Translations under genes and position numbers: made by a program
Part shown: positions 8,641-17,759 of the stretch, one piece after another
How the letters are laid out: the number at the start of each line of letters is the position of its first letter
Position numbering within the stretch: position 1 is the stretch's first letter
NCBI GenBank assembly: GCA_035695825.1
Contig: DASRRH010000031.1
Coordinates: 83,648-147,647 of the forward strand
Length of the DNA: 64,000 nucleotides
Reading direction: 5' to 3'
Source of the DNA: Planctomycetota bacterium
Lineage (GTDB): Bacteria; Planctomycetota; UBA1135; JAKEFM01
Notes under the pieces: generated by a model
The model's database searches: none
What the model was told of the DNA's origin: nothing
The model's input: the letters and a program-made list of their open reading frames with translations, nothing else

Positions 8641-9861
8641 GTGAGGCCGGCGGCCGCACGCCTCGCGGCGTCCTTCGCCCTCCTCGCCCTGGGCACCTGC
8701 CCGGCGGCCGAGCGCGGGGCGCGGGCGGCGGCGTCGACGGCGGGCATCCCGGTCGCCGCGCTTCTCTCCCTCCTCGCGCCGTCGAGCGGCCCTCCCCCTT
8801 CCGCTCCCCCCGCCTCCGCCGAGGATCCCGTCGCCGGGTTCCTCCGGGACGAGGCGCGCTCTCTCCTTCCCGCCGACCCCGCGCGGCGCGCGCACTCCTT
8901 CCTGCATGCGGGCGTCTCCCGCCGCGCGGAGCGGGGGGGGATCCTCGTTCTCGAAGCGGGGACCGAGGACGGCGTCGCCGTCGGGACCCCGGCGATCCTC
9001 GGGGACGCTCTCCTCGGATTCGTCGAGTCCGCCTCCCCGCGCGCCTGCCGCGTGCGGACGGTCCTCTCCCCGCGGTTCCGCGCCGCGGCCCGGATCTCGC
9101 GCGAGGGGGAAGGGGAGCCTTCCCTGGTCGTGGCCGGGACGGGGGGCCCCTTCCTCTCGATCGCCGTCGCCGAGCGCATCGAGGAGGTCCGCTCGGGAGA
9201 CGCGGTCCTCTGCGCCCCGTCCCCCTTCCCCCCCGCGGAAGAGGGGCTCCCCGGGCCCCTCGCGGAAGGCTTCGTCCTCGGGACCGTCGACGAGGCCGGG
9301 CGCGGTCGGCCGACCCGCGTGCGACCCGCCGCCGACCCCTCGCGCGCGAGCGCCGCGCTCCTCCTCCTCGGCGGCGGGGAGGAGGTCCGACTCTCGAGGT
9401 CCGGAGCGGGCGCGCCCTCCCTCGAGGCGCGCGCCTTCGGGGTGGAAGTCTCTCCGGGCCGGCGCTCCCTCCTCCTGATGGCAGGGGTCCGCGACGGGGT
9501 CCGGGAAGGGGACCCGGTCTCCCTCGGACCCCGGCTCTTCGGATTCGCCGCAGGGGTCGGCCCCTGGTCCTGCCGCGTCCGGCTCGTCGGAGACCCGGGG
9601 CTCGCCCTGCCGCTCTCCCTTCGACGGGAGGGAGAAGGGGCGGTCTTTCTCGGCGTCGTCCTTCCCGAGAGGGCGGGTCGATTCCGGACGGGCGGCGTGA
9701 AGGCAAGCCTCCGGGGCTCCGTCCATTTCGCGGGGGAAGGCCTCGCCCGCGGGCTCGTCGTCGGCCGGGGGGATCTCGTGGGGGAGGTCCTCACGCTCGA
9801 AGGGGACTTCGACGCTTCGCGGATACCTTCCCTCGAGGTCTTGCGGAAGGAGGAGCGGTGA
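8641..9861 (+). CDS. mreC: MreC-like rod shape protein (two barrel-type modules)
   Basis: 406 aa, directly after mreB, with a hydrophobic N-terminus. Two MreC-type signatures: LEAGTEDGVAVGTPAILGDALLGFVESASPRACRVRTVLSP and LMAGVRDGVREGDPVSLGPRLFGFAAGVGPWSCRVRLVGDPG. Confidence 0.7.
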   Translation: MRPAAARLAASFALLALGTCPAAERGARAAASTAGIPVAALLSLLAPSSGPPPSAPPASAEDPVAGFLRDEARSLLPADPARRAHSFLHAGVSRRAERGGILVLEAGTEDGVAVGTPAILGDALLGFVESASPRACRVRTVLSPRFRAAARISREGEGEPSLVVAGTGGPFLSIAVAERIEEVRSGDAVLCAPSPFPPAEEGLPGPLAEGFVLGTVDEAGRGRPTRVRPAADPSRASAALLLLGGGEEVRLSRSGAGAPSLEARAFGVEVSPGRRSLLLMAGVRDGVREGDPVSLGPRLFGFAAGVGPWSCRVRLVGDPGLALPLSLRREGEGAVFLGVVLPERAGRFRTGGVKASLRGSVHFAGEGLARGLVVGRGDLVGEVLTLEGDFDASRIPSLEVLRKEER

Positions 9862-10322
9862 GGCGGCTCCTCTTCGGGTCCCTCCGGCTCGCCGGCATCG
9901 TGGCCCTCCTCCTCGCCTTGCCCGCGGCGGGCCCCCTCGGGGCCTCCTCTCCCGACTTCCTCCTCGCCGCGGCGGTCGCGCTCGCCGCGCGGCGCCGCGA
10001 CTCCTTCGCCGCGGGCGCGGTCCTCCTCGGGGGGGTCCGGGCCTCCCTCTCGGTCGACCCCGTCCTCCCGACGCTCGGCGGCTTCCTCCTGATCGCCGAG
10101 GGCTCCTCCCTCGCGGCGGGGACCTTCTTCGGGGAGCGCGCGTTCGTCCCCGGGCTCTGCGCCGCCGCGTCCGCGATCCTCCTCCCGCTCCTTCGCTGCG
10201 CCGTCCCCGGAGGGACGCCACTCGCCCCGTCGGGGGACCTCCTCCTCTCCGCGTGCGGGACGGGGCTCGTCGCGGCGGTCCTCGCGCGCTGGGTCTTCAC
10301 CGCGGCCCGGGCGCGCCGCTAA
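9858..10322 (+). CDS. mreD: MreD-like membrane protein
   Basis: The C-terminal 154 aa of track ORF 7464..10322. GTG 9858 overlaps the mreC stop (GTGA). Several hydrophobic helices. The call rests mainly on position between mreC and mrdA. Confidence 0.6.
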   Translation: MRRLLFGSLRLAGIVALLLALPAAGPLGASSPDFLLAAAVALAARRRDSFAAGAVLLGGVRASLSVDPVLPTLGGFLLIAEGSSLAAGTFFGERAFVPGLCAAASAILLPLLRCAVPGGTPLAPSGDLLLSACGTGLVAAVLARWVFTAARARR

Positions 10323-10333
10323 CTTGGGCGCCC

Positions 10334-12598
10334 GTGGCGGCCGCTACTTCGCAGGAGAGGATTCTCCGGCTCGGCGCGGTCTTCGCCGCGGGGTGCGCGC
10401 TGCTCGTCGGGCGCCTCTTCCAGCTCCAGGTGATCGAGGGGGAGCGGTGGACCCGCGAGTCGGAGAGCCTCCGGGTCCGGCGGGGGTCGATCCCGTACCG
10501 GCGCGGGGCGATCCTCGACCGGGCGGGCGTCGTCCTCGCCGAGGATCGGGGAGCCTACGACCTCCAGTTCCGCTACCGAGCGTTCCGCAGGGGAAACCCC
10601 CTCGCGCAGGCGGCCCACCTCCTCGGAACCCTCTCCGGTCGGACCGTCGGGCTCAGCGAGGTCGCCGGGGATCCGGGCCGCTTCGCGAGCGCCCTCTCCC
10701 GCGTCGGCCCCCGCCACCTCCTCGGCCGCCCCTCCCTCGAGAGGAAGGACGCGGCCTTCTACCTCGGCCGCCTCCTCGCCGAGGCGAGGCCGCGCGATCC
10801 GGCGGAGGGCTCGGCCCCCGGCTCCCCCCTCGCGCGGGAGCGGGAGGCCGACGCGCTCTCCCGCAGGATCCTCGAGGAGACGGCGACGGGGGGAGAGGCG
10901 GCTCCCTTCGCGGAGCGGGTCGGGGCGGGAACGGCCGCCCTCGAGGCGCTGCTCAGGAGCGCCCTCGGGGACCTTGACGCGCTCGAGCGCGCCTGCGCGC
11001 TCCCCTCCGGGAGGCTGCTCGAGGAGGCGGACCGGCGGCGCGCCGAGATCGAGGCGGAGGTCGAGGAGCGAGCGACGGAGCGGCGAGGGATCGCCGCGGT
11101 GCGGAGGGACCACGAGGAGCGCGCGGTCCGGATCGAGACCCCGCTCCCCTTCGAGGGGGCGCTGCGGCTCGCCCTCGCTCCGGATCGGTTCCCCGGCTTC
11201 GCTCCGGAGGCGACCACGCGCCGCGCCCTCCACCCCGACGCGCCGGTCCCCCTCCTCGGGCTCGTCGGCCGCCCGACCCGGGAGGAGATCGAGAGGGAGG
11301 CCCGGCTGGGGGAGGAGTACCGGACCCTCGCCCGCACCTTCGAGAGGTCGGAGCCGGAGGAGCGCAGGCTCCGGGAGCTCGAGGGGAGAGTCGGGGAGTT
11401 CGAGGCGGGGGCGGACGATCCGCGCGGGAAGGGCTTCGGCATCGAGTACCTCCTCGACGGGGCGCTCCGGGGACGCCGCGGCAGCCGCGTCGTCTCGACG
11501 GAGGGGGCGTCGGCGACGACCGTCCTCGACGAGCCCCCCGTCGACGGCCGCGCGGTCGCGCTCACGATCGACCTCGAGCTCGAGCGCGCGGCGCTCCAGG
11601 CGCTCCGCGAGGGGTACGTCGGGATCTCCGACGTCTTCGGCGCCGTCGTCCTCCTCGAGCCCGGGTCGGGGAACGTGCTCGCTCTCGTCTCGAACCCGTC
11701 CTACTCGGAGGGGGAGTACCGGGGCGCGTTCGAGGCGCTGAAGGACGATCCGCGCTTCCCGCTCCACCCCCGCGCCTACGACCCCTACTACCCCCCGGCG
11801 CCGGGCTCCGTCTTCAAGGTCGTCGTCGCCGCGGCGGCTCTCGAGGAAGGGCTCATCGAGCCCGGCTCCCGCTTCACGTGCGCGGGGATCGAGGGGCGCC
11901 TCCGGTGCAACGCCGCGTCGGGCCACGGGACGATCGACCTCGGGGAAGCGATCGAGAAGTCGTGCAACGTCGCCTTCTACAAGATCGGCGAGCGGCTCGG
12001 ATCGGAGCGCCTCGCGCGCTGGGCCCGCGCCTTCGGCTTCGGGGAGAAGACCGGGATCGAGGTCCGCGAGATCGCGGGGACGGTGCGCGGGGACCTGACG
12101 GACGGCGACTCGGCGCGCCGGTTCGCGATCGGGCAGACGCTGATCGACGCGAGCCCGCTCCAGGTGGCCCGGATGATGGCGGCGTTCGCGAACGGGGGCC
12201 GCCTCGTGCGGCCGCGGCTCGTCGCCCGCGTCGGGGACGCGGAGCGGACCCCCGCGGAGGCGCCTTCCCTCCCGATCTCGCCGAGCACCCTCCACTTCCT
12301 CCGCGAGGCGATGGGCCGGGTCGTGAGGACGGGGACCGCCCGCCCCGACGGGGGGTTCGACCTCGGGGCCCTCGGGGCCGTCGGGAAGACGGGGACGGCC
12401 GAGGTCGGGAAGGACATCCCCGACCACTCCTGGTTCGCCGGCTACGCTCCGGCCGAGGCTCCGCGCGTCGTCGTCGCGGTGTACTGCGAGCGCTCGGGCC
12501 GCCACGGGGGGGACCTCGCCGCCCCGATCGCGGAGCGCGTGCTTCGCGCGGCGCGCGAGCGGGGGCTCCTCGGCGGCGTCCCCGAGGAGCCGCGGTGA
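10334..12598 (+). CDS. mrdA: Penicillin-binding protein 2 (elongasome transpeptidase)
   Basis: Track ORF 10253..12598; start set at in-frame GTG 10334 (VAAATSQERILRLGAVFAAGCALLVG, TM anchor). Transpeptidase motifs GSVFK (SxxK), KSCN (SxN) and KTGTAE (KTG). Confidence 0.85.
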   Translation: MAAATSQERILRLGAVFAAGCALLVGRLFQLQVIEGERWTRESESLRVRRGSIPYRRGAILDRAGVVLAEDRGAYDLQFRYRAFRRGNPLAQAAHLLGTLSGRTVGLSEVAGDPGRFASALSRVGPRHLLGRPSLERKDAAFYLGRLLAEARPRDPAEGSAPGSPLAREREADALSRRILEETATGGEAAPFAERVGAGTAALEALLRSALGDLDALERACALPSGRLLEEADRRRAEIEAEVEERATERRGIAAVRRDHEERAVRIETPLPFEGALRLALAPDRFPGFAPEATTRRALHPDAPVPLLGLVGRPTREEIEREARLGEEYRTLARTFERSEPEERRLRELEGRVGEFEAGADDPRGKGFGIEYLLDGALRGRRGSRVVSTEGASATTVLDEPPVDGRAVALTIDLELERAALQALREGYVGISDVFGAVVLLEPGSGNVLALVSNPSYSEGEYRGAFEALKDDPRFPLHPRAYDPYYPPAPGSVFKVVVAAAALEEGLIEPGSRFTCAGIEGRLRCNAASGHGTIDLGEAIEKSCNVAFYKIGERLGSERLARWARAFGFGEKTGIEVREIAGTVRGDLTDGDSARRFAIGQTLIDASPLQVARMMAAFANGGRLVRPRLVARVGDAERTPAEAPSLPISPSTLHFLREAMGRVVRTGTARPDGGFDLGALGAVGKTGTAEVGKDIPDHSWFAGYAPAEAPRVVVAVYCERSGRHGGDLAAPIAERVLRAARERGLLGGVPEEPR

Positions 12599-13713
12599 GC
12601 CTGGCGCGGTTGCGCCGGGCGGACCGGGGGATCCTCGCCCTCGCGGGAGGGATCGCCGTCTTCGGGCTCGTCTTCGTCGCGAGCGCGACCGGCCACGGCG
12701 CGACCGGCTCCCTCGGCGGGCAGGCGCTGCGCCTGGCCGTCGCCCTCCTCTTCGGCCTCGGGTGCCTCCTCGCGCCGTCCCGGTTCCTCAAGCGCCACTC
12801 CTATCTCCTCTACGGGCTCGCGCTCCTCGGCCTCGTCGGGGTGCTCCTCGCGGGGCGCGCGACGAACAACGCCCGCCGTTGGGTCGACCTGCCGGGGGGC
12901 TTCAAGCTCCAGCCCTCCGAGTTCGCGAAGCTCGGCCTCCTCCTCGCGCTCGCGAAGTACGCGAGCGCCCGACGCCGGCTCGAGACGATCGAGGGGCTCG
13001 TCCTCCCCTGCGCGCTCGCCGTCCTCCCCGCGGTCCTCGTCGCGGCGGAGCCCGACCTCGGCACGGCGATCGTGTTCGTGCCCCTCCTCTTCGGGATCCT
13101 CTACGCGGGAGGGGCTCGGCGGGGCCACCTCGCGGCGCTCCTCGCGCTCGGGCTCGTCGCCCTTCCGGCGGGGAGCCTCCTCGCGATGCTTTCCTACCAG
13201 CGCGAGCGCGTCGTCACCTGGTGGGAGCAGGACCGGCTCACGGCCGATCAGAAGCGAGGGGCGGGCTACCACCTCTTCCACTCGAAGGTCGCCGTCGGGG
13301 CGGGGGGGATCGCCGGCCAGGGGATCGGGGCGGGCACGGAGAATCGGCTCGACCTCCTCCCGGAGCGGGCGAACGACTTCGTCTTCGCCGTGGTGGCGGA
13401 GGAGACGGGCTTCCTCGGCGGGACCCTCCTCGTCGGCCTCTACGGCGGCCTGGTCCTCCTCCTCTTCGGGGCGGCCTCGCGGCTGCGCGAGCCGTTCGAC
13501 CGCCTCCTCGTGACCGGGGTCGCCTGCCTCTTCGGGACGCACCTCTTCGTCAACGTCGGGGTGGCGATCGGCACGGTCCCGACGACGGGCCTCACGCTCC
13601 CCTTCGTCTCCTTCGGCGGCTCCTCGACGATCGCGGCGGCGGGGGCGCTCGGCCTCGCTCTGAACGCCCTCGCGCGCCGGGAGCTCGAGTTCTCGGAGGA
13701 CGCGTTCGCGTGA
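12595..13713 (+). CDS. rodA: SEDS-family peptidoglycan polymerase RodA
   Basis: The tail of track ORF 11878..13713. GTG 12595 overlaps the mrdA stop (GTGA). Multi-TM with FtsW/RodA motifs FKLQPSEFAKL, EPDLGTAIV, NDFVFAVVAEETGF and LTLPFVSFGGSS. Confidence 0.85.
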   Translation: MSLARLRRADRGILALAGGIAVFGLVFVASATGHGATGSLGGQALRLAVALLFGLGCLLAPSRFLKRHSYLLYGLALLGLVGVLLAGRATNNARRWVDLPGGFKLQPSEFAKLGLLLALAKYASARRRLETIEGLVLPCALAVLPAVLVAAEPDLGTAIVFVPLLFGILYAGGARRGHLAALLALGLVALPAGSLLAMLSYQRERVVTWWEQDRLTADQKRGAGYHLFHSKVAVGAGGIAGQGIGAGTENRLDLLPERANDFVFAVVAEETGFLGGTLLVGLYGGLVLLLFGAASRLREPFDRLLVTGVACLFGTHLFVNVGVAIGTVPTTGLTLPFVSFGGSSTIAAAGALGLALNALARRELEFSEDAFA

Positions 13714-13767
13714 ACTTGTGAGGGAGGGGGAGGGATCTAGAATGCGCCCCCTCGCTCGCCGCCCCGG

Positions 13768-14115
13768 ATGCCCAACGTCGCGCTCGGCATGGTCGAGACC
13801 TGCGGCCTCGTCGGTTCCGTCGAGGCCGCCGACGCCATGGTCAAGACCGCGAAGGTCGTCCTGCTCGGGAAGGAGCGCGCCGGAGGGGGACTGACGACGA
13901 TCTTCGTCCGCGGAGAGGTCGGGGCCGTGAAGGCCTCCGTCGAGGCGGGCGCGGCCGCCGCCCGGCGGGTGGGGGAGCTCGTCGCCGTCCACGTGATCCC
14001 GCGGCCCCACCCCGACGTCGAGGCGCTCCTCCCTCGCCCGCGCCCGGAGGGGGAGCCCCCTGCTCCGGAGCCTCCCCCGGCGAAGGGGCGGCCGGGGCGG
14101 AGGGGGAAGTCCTAG
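13768..14115 (+). CDS. BMC-H shell protein (PduA/EutM-type hexamer) with a Pro/Arg-rich tail
   Basis: 115 aa. [76 protein letters not shown] is a single BMC domain. It is followed by [27 protein letters not shown]. Confidence 0.9.
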   Translation: MPNVALGMVETCGLVGSVEAADAMVKTAKVVLLGKERAGGGLTTIFVRGEVGAVKASVEAGAAAARRVGELVAVHVIPRPHPDVEALLPRPRPEGEPPAPEPPPAKGRPGRRGKS

Positions 14116-14118
14116 GCC

Positions 14119-15729
14119 GTGGACGCCGACCTCCGGGCGCTCCAGGAAGTCCGCGACGCGGTCGCCGCGGGCAGGCGCGCGGCGCAGGCTCTCCACGCGT
14201 TCTCGCAGGAGCGGATCGACGCCGTTTGCGAGGCGATGGTCGAGGCGGGGGCGCGCGCGGCGCTCGACCTCGCGAAGCTCGCCGTCGAGGAGACGGGCTA
14301 CGGGAGGGTCGACCACAAGGTCCTGAAGAACCTCTTCGGCACCCGGGTCCTCTGGGAGTCGATCCGGGACTTCCCGACGGTCGGGATCGTGCGCCGGGAC
14401 GAGAAAGCGGGCCTCTTCGAGGTCGCCGCTCCGCAGGGGGTCGTCGCGGCGATCGTACCGACGACGAACCCGACCTCGACCGCGCTCTTCAAGGCGATCA
14501 TCGCCCTCAAGGGGCGGAACGCGATCGTCGTCTCCCCCCACCCCCGCGCGGCCCGCTGCATCGGAGAGTCCTGCCGCGTCGTCTACGAGGCGGCGCTGCG
14601 CGCCGGGGCGCCCGAGGGGTGCGTCGGCTGGCTCACGGCCCCGACCCTCGAGGCGACGGAGAGCCTGATGCGCCACCGCGACGTCGACCTGATCCTCGCC
14701 ACGGGGGGGGCGGGGCTCGTCAAGGCCGCCTACTCGAGCGGCAAGCCCTGCTACGGCGTCGGGCCGGGAAACGTCCCCTGCTTCATCGAGAGGACGGCAG
14801 ACATCGAGCACGCCGTGCGCTGCGTCGTGACGAGCCAGACCTTCGACTACGGGACCCTCTGCTGCTCGGAGCAGGCCCTGATCCTCGACCGGCCGATCCG
14901 GGAGGCCGCCCTCGCGGAGTTCGCCCGCGCGGGGGCCCACCTCTGTTCCCCGGAGGAGACCCGCCTCCTCGAGAAGGTCGCGATGCGGAGCCGCCTGATG
15001 AATCCCGAGATCGTGGGCCAGCCCGCGGCGAAGATCGCGGCGATGGCGGGCTTCCGCGTGGCGCCCGAGTCGACCGTCCTCCTCGCGGAGCAAGGAGGGG
15101 TCGGCTACGAGCACCCCGTCTCGATCGAGATCCTCGCCCCGGTCCTCGCCCTCTACACGGAGGAGGGGTGGCGCGAGGGGTGCCGCCGGTGCATCGAGGT
15201 GCTGCGCTTCGGCGGGATGGGGCACACGCTCGTCCTCCATTCGAAGGACCGGGAAGTGATCACCGCCTTCGCCCTCGAGAAGCCCGCGAGCCGCATCCTC
15301 GTCAACGCCCCGACCTCGGAAGGCGCGGTCGGCTGGGCGACCGCGCTCGACCCGTCGATGACCCTCGGGTGCGGGGCGATGGGGGGGAACATCACGAGCG
15401 ACAACATCTCCGTCCGCCACATGATCACGCTGAAGCGGGTCTCCTACCTGAAGCCCGACTGGTGGGAGACGCGCGCGCGCGCGGAGGCGGAGAATCCCGG
15501 CCGCGGGCTGCTCCGGATCGGGTGGGGGACGGCGGTCCCCGCGTCCTTCCCCGAGCATGAGCGTCCCGCCGCCGCCTCCCCGCGCAAGTCGCCGCCGCCC
15601 GTCCTCGTCCCTGCGTTCCCGGAGCCGCCGGCCTACTCGTACACGGCGAACCCGGAGCACCCGGCCCGGAAGTTCCTCCCCGCGGGGCCGGGGGGGAGCG
15701 GCAACCCTCCGTTCGTCCTCGCCCCGTGA
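14119..15729 (+). CDS. CoA-acylating aldehyde dehydrogenase (EutE/PduP type) with a long C-terminal extension
   Basis: 536 aa. GTG 14119 with AGGGGGAAG upstream. Motifs [40 protein letters not shown] and the catalytic-Cys context [14 protein letters not shown]. About 95 aa of Pro-rich tail follow the ALDH fold. Confidence 0.85.
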   Translation: MDADLRALQEVRDAVAAGRRAAQALHAFSQERIDAVCEAMVEAGARAALDLAKLAVEETGYGRVDHKVLKNLFGTRVLWESIRDFPTVGIVRRDEKAGLFEVAAPQGVVAAIVPTTNPTSTALFKAIIALKGRNAIVVSPHPRAARCIGESCRVVYEAALRAGAPEGCVGWLTAPTLEATESLMRHRDVDLILATGGAGLVKAAYSSGKPCYGVGPGNVPCFIERTADIEHAVRCVVTSQTFDYGTLCCSEQALILDRPIREAALAEFARAGAHLCSPEETRLLEKVAMRSRLMNPEIVGQPAAKIAAMAGFRVAPESTVLLAEQGGVGYEHPVSIEILAPVLALYTEEGWREGCRRCIEVLRFGGMGHTLVLHSKDREVITAFALEKPASRILVNAPTSEGAVGWATALDPSMTLGCGAMGGNITSDNISVRHMITLKRVSYLKPDWWETRARAEAENPGRGLLRIGWGTAVPASFPEHERPAAASPRKSPPPVLVPAFPEPPAYSYTANPEHPARKFLPAGPGGSGNPPFVLAP

Positions 15730-15752
15730 GGCCTCACCCGAGGTGACCCGCA

Positions 15753-16055
15753 ATGCCTGACATCGCGCTCGGCATGATCGAGACGAAGGGCCTCGTCGGC
15801 GCCATCGAGGCGGCCGACGCCATGGTGAAGGCGGCGAAGGTGACGCTGATCGGCCGCGAGAAGGTGGGGGGGGGCTACGTGACCGTGATGGTGCGCGGGG
15901 AGGTCGGCGCCGTGAAGGCCGCCACCGACGCGGGGGCGGCCTCCGCGCGGCGCGTCGGGGAGCTCGTCTCCGTCCACGTGATCCCGCGGCCGCACCCGGA
16001 GGTCGAGCACATCCTCCCGCGGGCCGAGACCGCCGGGGAGCCCGCCCCGCTCTAG
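15753..16055 (+). CDS. BMC-H shell protein (second paralogue)
   Basis: 100 aa. [78 protein letters not shown]. Confidence 0.9.
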   Translation: MPDIALGMIETKGLVGAIEAADAMVKAAKVTLIGREKVGGGYVTVMVRGEVGAVKAATDAGAASARRVGELVSVHVIPRPHPEVEHILPRAETAGEPAPL

Positions 16056-16079
16056 CGGGACGCGCCGCGACCCCCGCCG

Positions 16080-16718
16080 GTGGCCGCCAAGATCGAGCTC
16101 CGGACCTTCGTTTTCCTCGACGCGATGCAGCCCCAGTTCACGGCGTTCGTCGCGACCACCGCCCGCGGCTACCTGCCGATCACCGGAGACGCGGCGCTCT
16201 TCGTCGAGGTCGCCCCCGGGATCGCGATCAACCGGATCACGGACGTCGCCCTGAAGAAGACCGACGTCCGCCCCGCGATCCAGGTCGTCGAGCGCACCTT
16301 CGGCCTCCTCGAGGTCCACTCCTCCTCCCAGTCGGAGGTCCGCGAGGCGGGGCGCCAGATCCTCTCCTTCCTCGGGTGCGGGGAGGGGGAGAGGCTCGCG
16401 CCGCGGATCCTGACGAGCGAGACGATCACGAACGTCTCGGACTACCAGCTGATGCTCATCAACCGCGCCCGGTTCGGGCAGATGATGCTCGCGGGGGAGA
16501 CGCTCTACGTCCTCGAGGTCCACCCGGCCGGCTACGCGACGATCGCGGCGAACGAGGCGGAGAAGACCTCCCCGATCCGGCTCCTCGACCTCCAGTCCTT
16601 CGGCGCGGTCGGGCGCCTCTACCTCTCGGGGACGGAGGCGCAGATCCACGAGGCGTCGAGGGCCGTCCACGCGACCCTCGAGGCGATCGAGGGGCGGCCG
16701 AACGAGGGGAAGGGGTAG
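16080..16718 (+). CDS. Tandem-domain BMC-T shell protein
   Basis: 212 aa with two BMC-like halves: FVEVAPGIAINRITDVALKKTDVRPAIQVVERTFGLLEVHSSSQSEVREAG and LEVHPAGYATIAANEAEKTSPIRLLDLQSFGAVGRLYLSGTEAQIHEAS. Confidence 0.7.
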   Translation: MAAKIELRTFVFLDAMQPQFTAFVATTARGYLPITGDAALFVEVAPGIAINRITDVALKKTDVRPAIQVVERTFGLLEVHSSSQSEVREAGRQILSFLGCGEGERLAPRILTSETITNVSDYQLMLINRARFGQMMLAGETLYVLEVHPAGYATIAANEAEKTSPIRLLDLQSFGAVGRLYLSGTEAQIHEASRAVHATLEAIEGRPNEGKG

Positions 16719-17302
16719 TGGACGAGAACCCGGCGGTCGACGCGAAGGTCCGCCCGCGCCCCTGCATCGGGATCCTCGAGCACCGGTCGATCGCGCGCGG
16801 GATCGAGGTCGCCGACGCGATCCTGAAGGAGGCGAGCGTCGAGATGCTCTTCTCGGAGCCGGTCCACCCGGGGAAGTACGTGAGCCTCTTCACGGGGGAT
16901 GTCGAGGACGTCCGCAGCGCCCTCCGCCGCGGGGCGGAGGCGGCCGCCGAGGACCTCCTCGACGAGACGCTGATCCCCGATCTCCATCCCGGGGTGATCC
17001 CCGCGGTCGGGGCGGGCGCCGCCGGCGGGCCGCTCGACGCCCTCGGCGTGATCGAGACCTTCACGGTCGCCTCCGCCCTCCTCGCCGCGGACCGGGCGGC
17101 GAAGCGCTCGACCGTGCGCCTCCTCCGCCTGCGGCTCGCGAACGGGCTCGGCGGGAAGTGCGTCGTCACGCTGACGGGGGAGGTCTCGGACGTGCGCGCG
17201 GCGGTCGAGGCGGGCGCGCGCGCGGCCGAGGAGCGGCGCCTCCTCGTCCGCGAGGTCGTGATCCCGCGCCCCCACGCCGACCTCGCGCGCTACCTCGGCT
17301 GA
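16718..17302 (+). CDS. Tandem-domain BMC-T shell protein (second)
   Basis: In frame with track ORF 16376..17302. GTG 16718 shares one nt with the preceding TAG. Two BMC-like halves: GILEHRSIARGIEVADAILKEASVEMLFSEPVHPGKYVSLFTGDVEDVRSA and LGVIETFTVASALLAADRAAKRSTVRLLRLRLANGLGGKCVVTLTGEVSDVRAAVEAG. Confidence 0.75.
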   Translation: MDENPAVDAKVRPRPCIGILEHRSIARGIEVADAILKEASVEMLFSEPVHPGKYVSLFTGDVEDVRSALRRGAEAAAEDLLDETLIPDLHPGVIPAVGAGAAGGPLDALGVIETFTVASALLAADRAAKRSTVRLLRLRLANGLGGKCVVTLTGEVSDVRAAVEAGARAAEERRLLVREVVIPRPHADLARYLG

Positions 17303-17317
17303 CGCAAGCGCGGCCCC

Positions 17318-17641
17318 GTGAAACGCCTCGTCACGGAGCGGGACGTCCGCGCCTGGATCGGCCGCGAGCCGATCCGGGTCGACGAGGAGACCCTGATCAC
17401 CCCCGCCGCGCTCGACCTCGCCCACGAGAAGGGGATCCCCGTCCTCTACGTCGGAGGGCGTGCCTCCTTGCTTGCGCCGGAGGTCGTCCCTGGCGCGCCG
17501 GGCGCCGTCGTGGCGGCGAATCCGCCTCTCGAGGAGCCGCCCCGGCTCCCGGCCGAGGAGGGGACCTACCTCGTCCAGATCGAGGGGGGGAGGCGGACCG
17601 TCTACCGCGTCTCCGGCCGTGGCCTCGAACCGCTCGCGTAG
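17318..17641 (+). CDS. Hypothetical protein closing the BMC locus
   Basis: 107 aa with a GTG start. N-terminal KRLVTERDVRAWIGREPIRVDEETLITPAALDLAHEKGIPVLY, then a Pro-rich linker and a short beta-looking C-terminus (GTYLVQIEGGRRTVYRVSGRG). It lacks the EutN/CcmL pattern, so it is not a BMC-P. Confidence 0.5.
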   Translation: MKRLVTERDVRAWIGREPIRVDEETLITPAALDLAHEKGIPVLYVGGRASLLAPEVVPGAPGAVVAANPPLEEPPRLPAEEGTYLVQIEGGRRTVYRVSGRGLEPLA

Positions 17642-17759
17642 AGGAGGGACGAGTGGCAGCGATGGATCGCCGGGAGTCGTGGCGCCGGCCCCTCCCGCGT
17701 TGACGGGAGGCGTTCGCTCCGTATCATGTCACACACTTTCACTAATGTTTTAACACGCT

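Noticed and set aside
7333-10221. 962-aa minus-strand ORF across mreB and mreC, plus the sibling long ORFs 8387..9706 and 8625..9794.
   Set aside because: Antisense to mreB/mreC, with low-complexity Arg/Gly/Pro sequence. Only the last 154 aa of the plus-strand 7464..10322 ORF were kept, as mreD.
13716-13743. TTGTGA-16 nt-TAGAAT as the BMC-locus promoter.
   Set aside because: The spacing and boxes are plausible, but the -35 match is weak and no RBS follows before ATG 13768. It is mentioned in the BMC finding coordinates but not listed as a feature.
12442-15753. 1103-aa minus-strand ORF.
   Set aside because: Antisense to rodA, BMC-H and the aldehyde dehydrogenase, all of which have strong motif support. 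Low-complexity composition.
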